Source of the DNA: Cyanophora paradoxa CCMP329
Taxonomy: Eukaryota; Plantae; Glaucophyta
Assembly: GCA_004431415.1 (NCBI GenBank)
Contig: QPMI01000483.1
Coordinates: 124,001 to 188,000, forward strand
Length of the DNA: 64,000 nucleotides
Reading direction: 5' to 3'
Positions 12,211 to 21,970 of this stretch are shown here, in pieces (position 1 is the first letter of the stretch; each line of letters starts with the position of its first letter). A model generated the notes under the pieces. The model searched no databases. It was not told the DNA's origin and saw nothing but the letters and a program-made list of their open reading frames with translations. The translations under genes were made by a program, and so were the position numbers.

Positions 12211-13319
12211 ATGTTCGTCGCCTCCCCTCCACTGCCGCGGGCGCGCCCGATGCCCGAAGAAGCCTTGGATAATCAGAACCGACTGCGCGCGTTGTGCCTA
12301 CGGACGCCGGCCGTTTCCCGCAGTGCGCCTCCCGCACGAGAACTGGCTGCTGCGCTGATGGGACCTTTCGCAGCGAGGCGGTCGAGTGCTTTCAAATTCA
12401 GCGGTATCAGCGCGCCGCACGCCCTCTGTTCTGCCGACCGGAGTGAGAATCCCCCTTTCGTCAGTGCGAGCCCCGCTGAGCTCGCCTCTCAGCTGCTGCG
12501 TACGCCAGTCGACCGATAGGCGCTTTTGATTCCGGAGTTGGTGGGCTATCAGTGCTCCGCGAGGTCCGGCGCGCGCTGCCGCACGAGGACTTGATCTACG
12601 TAGCCGACTCCGCATACTGCCCTTACGGGCTGAAGCCGTTGCCCGACATACAAGAACGCACACTTGCGGTCGCTCGGTATCTCGTGGATCTCGGTGCAAA
12701 GCTCGTCGTCGTCGCGTGCAACTCGGCCTGCGTTGCTGGCCTGGACGCCGTGCGGCAGGAGCTTCCGTCAATCCCGATCATAGGCGTAGAACCTGCAGTG
12801 AAGCCAGCCCAGGCAGCAACTCGCAATGGCCGGATTGGCGTGCTGGCGACCTCTCTCACACTTCAAGGCGCTCGCTTTGCGTCACTCGTGGACAGGTTTG
12901 CTTCGGATGTCGATGTTTTCATGCAGCCTGCGCCCGGGCTGGTCGACCTGGTCGAGGCGGGTGACTTGGACAGCAGTATGTGCAGGGGCCTTCTCAACGA
13001 ATATCTGAGACCATTACTTGAGAAGGACATCGATACTCTCATTCTCGGTTGCACACACTATCCTTTTCTGCGGGCAACCATTCAGGAAATTTGTGGAGAT
13101 GGAGTGACAATTCTCGACACTGGCGAGCCCGTTGCAAGGCACGTGGCCAGAACGCTGAAGCGTTCAAATCTTCAGTCTTCTTCATCTGCTCCCGGGCAAT
13201 TGCGTTTCTACACGAGTGGTGACCCAACATTGGTCCAGCCAGTACTGCGGAAGCTCTGGGACCAACAGGAGGCGCACAGTCTAGAAGTGCTGTTAGCAAA
13301 GATCGGTAGCAACGCTTGA
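12211..13319 (+). CDS. murI: Glutamate racemase with an N-terminal, probably plastid-targeting extension; one intron at 12443-12492
   Basis: Removing the 50-nt GT-AG intron joins MFVASPPLP... in frame to RPIGAFDSGVGGLSVL; CPYG, ACNSA and LGCTHYP (both catalytic Cys) are present. Confidence 0.92.
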
Positions 13320-13515
13320 TTCAGTGCGATGCAAAATTCGACTACATTTCCAGTTGACCAGGCCAGGGCTCCCCCCGCCTATCATAGTATAGCCCATCGT
13401 TATCGTAATGGGCGCGGATCGGTGCTGAGGCTGCCTCGCAGCGTGGCCGGGCGGCTGGGCAGCTCAGCGAAATCAATCAGGATCGACAATCCTCTCTCGC
13501 TGTGACTCGCTGTTT

Positions 13516-14854
13516 TCACAGGGCTTGCCGCTTTCTCGCTGTGTTCATGTACGGCCGCAGAGCCTGTTGCAAGGATTAGCAAAGAAGAGTGCATGTATAT
13601 GACATGAGATAAGTGAGCAGCCAACAGACCCATTCAGTCTCCGCTTCAGGTGTATCTGAAGCAACAGTCAGTTTAAGAATCAGATGAATTTCTAGCACAT
13701 TAAAACAGCAGTAACGAACCAAGTGTTCCAAGGCGGATCTGGTACACTTTCATTTCGAATCGAGGCCCCACCTCCTTCAAATCGACCTGCTTTTGACCCT
13801 TCTTGTCATACGTATGATGCCTGTCATTAATTAAGCCAACGCGAAGAAGACAAGTAAGCAGAATGGAATAAGCAAAGACCTGAAAGAAATGTAATCATCC
13901 GTGTTCGCAAAAGTAATCACTCGCTTACTGTCCTCTTTGGGTACGGGGAAAAGGTACTTCAAAATGTTCATGACCTGTTATGCACATTTGTTACTCGTCC
14001 TAGACAATTGAAGTTTGCGAATCACGAAAGAGCAAATGCACACCCTTTTTCCTAGCGACGACGTGAAATTGTGGAAGATCAGGTGAGGGTAAGCCTCAGA
14101 AACGGTGCTCTTCTCTGCAATGTCGTGCCGCAACACACAGTTCGACAGGCCAAAAAAGGCAGTTGGTCCGAAAGGAAGGTGGCACACAACCAGGCCAACT
14201 AAGTGAGATTGATCAGAAGCAAAGGAACTGTTCGATCAGTGAGGAAGCAGACCCGGTTCGCCTCGGTGCTCATGTGCTATGATGATGTCAGTGACCTCGT
14301 TCGCACGGCAGGCATCCACGATGTCTTTTATAACATGGTTTCCACGATTCATCCTTTGCGAGTTCGGGAAGAGTAGCTTCAGTTCCTGCAAGACAGATCA
14401 TGCAATGACACATGGAAGCATGTGCATACTCGCAGCTGTACCTTCGAGAACTGCAACAGGCGGGAGGAAGGGTCTCGAGACGTGGTAATAACGATCTTCG
14501 GATCCAGCTCTCCGGCCCTCGCGTACTCGTCGTCCACATGTGTTGTGGGCTCTGCGTGCGCACTGAGCGCATGAATAGAAACCATCAAGAGTCCACTCGC
14601 TCACCGCTGTGCGCAGCATCATCAAGTTCGGCCTGGGCCTTCAGCTCTTCCGCGTCGTTGCGCAGTTCAGTAGGTATGGGCTTGCCCTCTGTCGCGACTC
14701 TGAGCAAGACGCCGGCGCCAACAGATAGCCTCGCGCAGCTACCTTCAATAGCCTCCTTGATTTTTCGCTTGCGCTCGTAGGCAGCCTTCTCTTTGCCCTC
14801 CAGCGATTTGCGGTAAATGAACTCGCGCCGCTGGCGCGCGACACGTCGCAGCAT
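13516..14854 (-). CDS. IMP4: U3 snoRNP protein IMP4 (Brix domain), multi-exon
   Basis: [55 protein letters not shown], final exon [15 protein letters not shown]. Confidence 0.95.
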
Positions 14855-14964
14855 TGAGCCTGTGCTGCTGCTGACTTCCTACACGATCTCGAGAACACCT
14901 TCGTAGACCCCGAGCTACCGGTTGATGCCTCGCGATCAGATTCGCTTCGGACGCAGGAGCCTGA

Positions 14965-15651
14965 ACGCTACGCTCTAGGGTATCGATCGACCGCTCGTAT
15001 ACGCCCCAGGCCCCCGCTAGCGCTGGCTCGCGTTTGTCCCCCCCGCCCTAGCTGCTCGTACCCCCTAGCAAGTGCTGACGGCGCTGCTTGCGCTAACCGC
15101 AAGGTGGCTTTCAAGCGCGAATCGACGATCGTGCTGCTGCATTCGACGCGAAGAAAGCGTTGGTAGCTGGGTGTAAGCGCTGGAGGACCGGTTTGCGACG
15201 ATCAAGATGAAGAAGGCGAAGGCGCAGCTGCCGAAGCGTGCGCCACGTAGCTTGCATTTAGCTAAAGGTTTGATTGCGTTGCTCGCTCTGCAGATCTCGA
15301 GGAGCAGCGGCGCGCCGTCACTGCGAACTTCGACGCGCCTGCATACGTGAGCGCGATCAACTCCTTGCGTGCCCGGAGCCTGCTGACGGGAATTAATCAG
15401 ACCGCTGGGGCGCGCCTGGAACTTCGATTATTCGTGCATCTAGGCCCTGCATCTAGGTGCCGGGGAGGGCGCACTCCCTCCCTCAAGGGAGCCTTTCTGT
15501 GCCCGGCCAACCGAAGCCTCTCCGGCGGTGGATGGCGGGCTGGGCGCTCCTCGTGGTCCAATCCCACGAACTCGACCACAAAGAGAGATCCATCTTTGTA
15601 TGCGTTCTGTCTGCAGCCTGTATATGTTTCTCGGAGTGCAGATCCCTCCAA
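14965..15651 (+). pseudogene. Inverted duplicate of the RPC40/DDX47 promoter plus RPC40 exons 1-2 and introns, fused to repeat modules X-Y
   Basis: 14965-15404 is the reverse complement of ~6945-7390, with only a few substitutions over most of its length. Confidence 0.9.
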
Positions 15652-15658
15652 CAGAACA

Positions 15659-16600
15659 CTACTGTATATGAACATAGTTGTTGTTTATATTGGGCAATCT
15701 CCAAGCGGAATGGTCGAGAATGTGAAGAGGTATCTCTGTGCCCGCGGGTCAGGTCACGCGGGTGCCCTGGAGCGTCGATCGTAGTTGATTGTACTAAGGA
15801 AGCCAGGAGGCTAGAGACTAGCCTATCTATAAAGCTCACCTTGATTCCCGCAAGAGCCTTCACTTTCGTGTCAAAGACGTAAACAGCCAAGGTGCAGTTG
15901 GACTCGAGCTGCGAAAGAAATGTAAGGCATTTACAGCGATGCGTGCACGTGGTGCTCAGTGCACGGACACTCACAATTTTCTTCTGCAGCTGGGGGAGGG
16001 TTAAATGGACGAACGTGTCGTCAAAGCGCTGCTCGTAGAATGAAACGATCCGTGATCGTACAACTAATAAGCCAAAGCTTCAACAGCACAGTCGTTGTGA
16101 ATGAGGATGGGGAAATCCGAACCCTCTGGTGCTGCGGCAGCATCGAGAAAGGGCGCGTCCTGGGGGAAGGATTCACGAAGCTCCTCGCAGGCTGCAATCA
16201 AATATTCAGGAGGCGCGTCATGAATTCTCTCCATATATCTGAAGTTCGTGAGATGGCGAGAAGGAGAAGCGATCGCGCAGAACGCACTTTCTGCGAACCA
16301 GAAATGTCAGTTAAAGAGAGTACGGCCTTAAGGATTCTCACCTGATATACGCGATCGGCATTGAGAATATTCCATTGAGATCTGAAGGTGCACGATCAAT
16401 CTGGATCGAATCGCTTTGCGTGCCCAGCCTCTTCCAGGACCATGTTCCAGCTTGGATAATTTGTGTGGAGCTTTCGAACGCCCCTTTGAAGGTCTGCTCC
16501 TTCACGTACCTGGGTCGGTCGGCCACGCTAATGAGCCTCGCGGCAAAAAGCGGTCGGCCGGCCACTAGACTGGATTCCACTTTTGCACGTGCGTGCGTCA
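15659..16600 (-). CDS. Hypothetical multi-exon gene or gene remnant; start not identified
   Basis: Several canonical short GT-AG introns separate plausible exons (YMERIHDAPPEYLIAACEEL..., SFYEQRFDDTFVHLTLPQLQKK, LESNCTLAVYVFDTKVKALAGIK); no family recognised. Confidence 0.35.
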
Positions 16601-16968
16601 AACGCCAAAGTGGGCGTCACCCGCTCGACTAGACAGCGAGGAGGCAACCAGTGCGGGGTGCGGGTGAACGCGTGCGACTGATCCGGACCCGGACGAACTC
16701 CGCTTTTCTCTAGCTAGTATAGCTCAGAGAGGGAGAATTCAGGTCTAGCGCGATATCGACCTAGTGCGCGTTGAGAGTACCGCCAGCTCGCAGAGCTCGC
16801 GGAGCCGACTGACTAGCGCGCACCGTTTCGGCGAGCCGGTAGACATGCTTGAAGCCTAGCACAGCACTGACGTCGACGCTGGCACGGAAGCACGGGACAG
16901 TTTTAGCCGACAGAGCTGGGCCCCGGGTACGTCCTTTTCCGAGTTCTTTCGAGTACCGGCCGCGTTCT

Positions 16969-17728
16969 CTGCCGAAGCGTGCGCCACGTAGCTTGCATTT
17001 AGCTAAAGGTTTGATTGCGTTGCTCGCTCTGCAGATCTCGAGGAGCAGCGGCGCGCCGTCACTGCGAACTTCGACGCGCCTGCATACGTGAGCGCGATCA
17101 ACTCCTTGCGTGCCCGGAGCCTGCTGACGGGGATTAGTCAGACCGCCGGGGCGCGCCTGGAACTTCGATTATTCGTGCATCTAGGCCCTGCATCTAGGTG
17201 CCGGGGAGGGCGCACTCACTCCCTCAAGGGAGCCTTTCTGTGCCCGGCCGACCGAAGCCTCTCCGGCGGTGGATGGCGGGCTGGGCGCTCCTCGTGGTCC
17301 AATCCCACGAACTCGACCACAAAGAGAGATCCGTAGTAGGCGTTCTGTCTGCAGCCTGTATATGTTTCTCGAAGTGCAGATCCCTCCAAAATTAAAGAAC
17401 ACTACTGGGCACACGAGGCAGAGGGCACAAAGACGCGTCCTGGGGGAACGATTACGATCGTAGCTAGGACGTCTTAGCTTTGATCTGCGATTACGATTGG
17501 GGCGTCCTTGATCTGCGGTTACGATCGTAACTAGGACGTCCTGACCATCGATGGTTGCTGACCATCCTCCGCCAGCGCAGGCGATCGTCTGGGTGGGAGG
17601 CTCGTCGATCGAGTGCGCCCCCGGTTGCTTTCATTTGGATCTCAAGACCTTTCGATCTCGATCTGACCCCTTTTCGCGCCCCCCGGCACCCACCGCAGGC
17701 TTACTCCATGTCGGCCCCCCCCCCCCCC

Positions 17729-17762
<34 letters not shown>

Positions 17763-18027
17763 AGGGCCTGTAGGGGCTCCCGCCACCGCCCCGAGACGAC
17801 CCCTGCCGCCACAAGACGCGATGCAGCACCACGCCGTGCATGCGGGCACATGTAGCTATAGCCAGCTAGAGTGTCCGTGGGGAGGCGCATTACTCTCCTT
17901 AGGGGGCCACGCAGGGCCCGGCCGGCCAGTTCGCTGGTGGGCTGGGCCCGCGGCCACGGTGGCCGCAGTGTACATTCCCACACTTGTAGCCCGGACCTGC
18001 GTTTTGAGTACGTGTCCAAATGCGTAG
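16969..18027 (+). mobile_element. Longest composite element: RPC40 fragment, X, Y, minisatellite, Z, poly-C, family A; non-autonomous, class unknown
   Basis: 16969-17389 repeats 15228-15651; 17447-17541 repeats the 2.5-kb satellite; 17545-18027 is repeated inverted at 26130-26545. Confidence 0.7.
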
Positions 18028-18098
18028 TTGGTCCGGCATTCTGGACTCTGTGACGAGCCACGAGCACGTCGGCGGTCTGAATTCATGCCCAAATGCCC

Positions 18099-18617
18099 TC
18101 ACTCTTTCTGTATCTCTGCTTCCAAAGCAGCGCGAAATAACTGAACAGAGCCGGTGTCAGCGAAACTGACGCGTGCTCTGCAGCAAAGGCCTTACCGAAA
18201 GGCCTTCCACTTTACCCTTGGTTCGTTGATTGCTTTCAACGCATCGAGCAATGAGATCACGAGTGAATTGATTCGGGTTACGACCATCATCGACATAGCT
18301 GAGAGAGCGCATTGGCCAGAAGGATTTTCAGGAAGTCAGTTTCTCACCCGAGCACTTGGACAGGTATCTGCAGAGGTATCCTGTGCGACAGCTGCTGCAG
18401 TTTCTCGTACTGGCCGATGAGCTCGTGTCTGCACACCCTCTTTCAGTATGCGAAGGCGCTCTCGCGCGCGCGCTCACATCTGCTTCAGAAGCAGGGGCTG
18501 GCGCTCGGGGGAGAACTCCTCGACCACGGCCGCAATCCTCCCAAGCACATCGACCGTCGAGAGCAGGCGCGCCTCGGCGTCAAGTTCAGGGGTGGCGGGC
18601 GGCATGCGCTCCGCCAT
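18099..18617 (-). CDS. MED10: Mediator subunit MED10, multi-exon (not in the ORF track); 3' end uncertain
   Basis: Manual splice: MAERMPP...LGRIAAVVEEF...IPVQVLG|YVDDGRNPNQFTRDLIARCVESNQRTKGKVEGLS|LFRAALEAEIQKE. Confidence 0.85.
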
Positions 18618-18837
18618 CGCCGCCGCGGTGGTGTGCGCTCGCTTGACGGCACGCCAACCCCGGCGACCCCACGCGACCGACGAGAAGCTCCCGAGCGATG
18701 CTGCAATTGAAGAGCGGCCGATGTGCAGGACCCCCGCTCGCCCCGGGGCTGTTTAATTTGATGGGGAACCGGAACTTTGCGAAAGCTTGAGGGCAAGAAT
18801 TCGTATACCGGGGCTCTCGGACCGCTCTCCCGGTAGA

Positions 18838-20171
18838 ATGAGCGCCGGGCAGGTCCCGGGCAGGAAAGAGACGCCAGGCGATGTCACGGTGGCTATCGTG
18901 GGTGCGCTAGGCACGCCCCCCGACTCAGGCGTTCGCTGACATGGTCGCAGGTGTCGGCCGCCTCGGGCAGCTCATTGCTGGTGAGCTCGCGCGTCTAGGA
19001 TTCAAGATACTGCTGTACGATCACACGGAGCATGGAAGGCAACGCGCCGTCACCCTGATTCAGGTTTGCTAGGGCCGAAGACCGCTTCAGGTAGGAGGCT
19101 CATGTGAGCGCGCAGGCTGGCCTGGCTGAATGGACTATGCGTGGTTTGTTACCGCAATCGGACGCGGAAAACGCTCTCAAGAGACTGCGCGTTGTCGGCA
19201 CACTCCAGGAGGCCGCGCAGGCGCACCTCGTCGTCGAGGCCATTGTTGAGGACGTGAAGGTCAAGCAGCGCGTATTCTGGTACGCACTGCTACTGCATGT
19301 TTGCGCAAACAGCGCGCCGACCGGGCGCAGGGAGCTCGACGTCCACGCGCCTCCATCCACATTGCTAGCGACGTCGACGATTACCCTGGACGTGAATGAG
19401 ATTTTCAACCCCGATCCAAGAAATCTTGGGCAGGCGGCACTCCCCGGGGGTATTCGCAACTCCCGCATGATCGGCATGAGATTCTTGCACCCTGTGTACT
19501 TTATCCCAAATGTGGAACTGACTGTGGCGTCTTGCACATCCCGTGAGCCATTCTCCTCTCCCCATCACCATCGACCTGACCGCGGCTGCAGAGTCATCTC
19601 TGGAGAGGGCCCGCCAGATCCTCCGGCTTGCAAACAAGGAGCCTTTCGAATTTGTGTACGGTCAAGGGATGCGCAAGCGGCTCGATCTCATCGAGATGCA
19701 GAACCACTTTCGAGGCGTGAGATGTGTATCACTCAATTGTTTATTTGCTTGTCAATGAAGCCACGTGCAGATCAGAGGGAAAAAGTCCGGACGACCAGCA
19801 TCAACCAAGGGTTGCCCCCTCCTACTATTCCTGACCAGCCCCAATACCAGTACTCTGGGCATCCCTTGGATCCCGATGGTGGCACTCCCGACACGAAGTG
19901 CAAGTACTCTGTACTAATATCGCGAGCAGTTCTTGTGGGGATGGTCCCAGCAGCACCGGCCCAGACATCAGGGGGCGCCACAAGGTCCACTCAGGCGGTG
20001 GGTGACGAGGAAGGGGAGTGCTCGATTTGCTGCGCTCGCCCAAAGAATGCGGTTTTTGGACCATGCGGACACAAAGCATGTTACGAGTGCAGCTGGGAAA
20101 TCATGGCTCGTCACAGAGCTTGTCCAGAATGCCGGACCCCAATCGAGCAAGTGCTTCGCCTTTTCCAGTGA
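18838..20171 (+). CDS. 3-hydroxyacyl-CoA dehydrogenase-type NAD-binding domain fused to a C-terminal C3HC4 RING finger
   Basis: VAIVG|VGRLG Rossmann motif, VVEAIVEDVKVK, GMRFLHP...VE; C-terminal CSIC...PCGH..CYEC...CPECR..IEQVLRLFQ. Confidence 0.85.
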
Positions 20172-20248
20172 GATTTGCCAATGCGACTACATTTTCAATA
20201 TGTGTCGAAAGCAAAACAGTCGGGCTTTGATATCAGGCTGGGGTGGCT

Positions 20249-20395
20249 GGAGGCGCATTACTCTCCTCAGGGGGCCACGCAGGGCCTAGCCAGCCAGTTC
20301 GCTGGTGGGCTGGGCCCGCGGCCACGGTGGCCGCAGTGTACATTCCCACACTTGTAGCCCGGACCTGCGTTTTGAGTACGTGTCCAAATGCGTAG
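20249..20395 (+). repeat. Dispersed repeat family A, copy 4
   Basis: Near-identical to 17881-18027. Confidence 0.92.
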
Positions 20396-20495
20396 GGTCA
20401 TAGGGCTGCCACAAAACAGTGCTACTTTCAACAGCATCAAAATCCAGGTTTGAGACAGGGCAATAAATTGATCGTAATCTAACTAGTGTGCAAAA

Positions 20496-21603
20496 TCAAA
20501 GAAAGCGCGGGAGTTTGCTTGCAATTGGTTCTGTTTCTCCATGGTCCCGCAGATCAGGGGATCGCTTCAGACTTGATGCACTAAGTCCAGGAACAGACGG
20601 CTGAGCTGGGGAGTCAGAAATGTTTTGGCTTGAGGGCAGAGCGCTCACTTCATTGTGTAGCATTTCGTTGTTAAGAGCATGTTCGCAGCCTACATCAAGA
20701 CTGTGGTCCGGATCCTCCAGGCCAGTCACTGTTCCCAGAGAGCCGCTGTCTTTTGGGTGGGTTGCGAATTGTTCCGAGTCTGATGTTGACGAGAGAGAAA
20801 GGACAGAAGAGCTGTCACTTTCCTCTCCAAGTGCTCCGGTGCCTTCGCTGCCATGTGAAGCAGGATTCAAGAAAGCATCAAGCCTCTCTTTTGCCTCCGT
20901 GCACAGGTCCTCAATGCACTTGTCCATATGCAGCTTGAACGTGTTTCTCGACGTCCGATGCCAAAAAGCTCTCCAGATAGCCATGAGCTCGTCAAGTCCA
21001 ATCCACAACCTGCCAGAGAAATCTTGTCGAGACTGGCTTTGAGAAATGATTGCACAATTCACCTGTATCGCCTCCACTTCTTTTCTAGTACTTGGCGGAC
21101 GTTCAGGGGCTCGCTCGGCACAAGCAAAAGATTTAGCTGAGTGAGAGTAGACATCAACCTCCGCTCCTGTAGCGGGCGAAGATCTCAGAAAAGAAAAAGA
21201 AGAAATTAGCTCAAAAAGCACACCAGATCGAAAAGGAAGGGGCTGCCGGTGATAAGGACGACTCGAGCACCTGCACTAGGCGCATTGGAGCTAGGAGCCA
21301 GCGCGGCTTCGCTCTCCTCTGCCCCTGGCCGCGACTGCGGCTCCCGGAGCTGGTGTAGCTTCGCCTCGAGCTGCGGCACGAGAGTTAACCGCGAGCTGAC
21401 TAAAGGATGTGAGCTGGAATGGCAATGCGCACTGCGGGAAAATCAATGGCGAAGTGAGCGCTCGGATCGTCTTCGCTGAGGTGGTCGTCGAGGCAGATGA
21501 CTGGTGCATCATAGGCCGCACTCAGGCAGGCCACTACTGCTTCTTTCTGCTCAGATTCAGGGCCGGCGATGCCCACAAGCACGGATGGCGCGCCCATGGT
21601 CAT
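20496..21603 (-). CDS. Hypothetical protein with a degenerate uridine/NR-kinase-like P-loop N-terminus and Ser-rich tail; start approximate
   Basis: LVGIAGPESEQKE...VICLDDH and VVLITGSPFLFD echo the GIAGxSGSGKT / xxxDDF / IIVEG pattern; long terminal ORF 20496-21221. Confidence 0.5.
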
Positions 21604-21970
21604 CTTAGGGGGTACGCGTACGAGCTCTGCTGCCCGCAGCTGCAGGAGGCTGCGCATGCGCGCGGCCTCCGATCCCGCAACCGAGCGCGCGACCCGCGGC
21701 GGCCGATCCACCGGTGCTGCGCTCTATAGCTAGGGCATCGCATCTAGATTTAGCCTAGTAGGTGACGGGGAGGTCGACCTCTCTTGAGCGAGGGGCAAGC
21801 CAACCGGCTCCGTGAAGAGGGCTGGGACCACCGGACCACACTTTGGGACTCTCTATGTATCCCTAATTATATATAAGTGCAATGAGAGGCAGCATGCAGG
21901 CCTGCAGCGGGCCGGGGTCTCGAGTCACGTGAAATCATGCATGGTTTGGCGCCAGCGCCTCCCACACGAT

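Noticed and set aside
12552-13319. murI as bacterial contamination
   Set aside because: It has a spliceosomal intron and N-terminal extension and is contiguous with RAD23 and IMP4.
17902-18002. HDV/CPEB3-like ribozyme (starts GGGGGCCAC, has a P2-like ACGCAGG/CCTGCGT pairing)
   Set aside because: No compact P3/L3 or proper P1 3' strand could be built, so the resemblance is insufficient.
3335-18617. Functional cluster of transcription and ribosome-biogenesis genes
   Set aside because: They are interspersed with unrelated genes, and housekeeping density explains the grouping without a statistical test.
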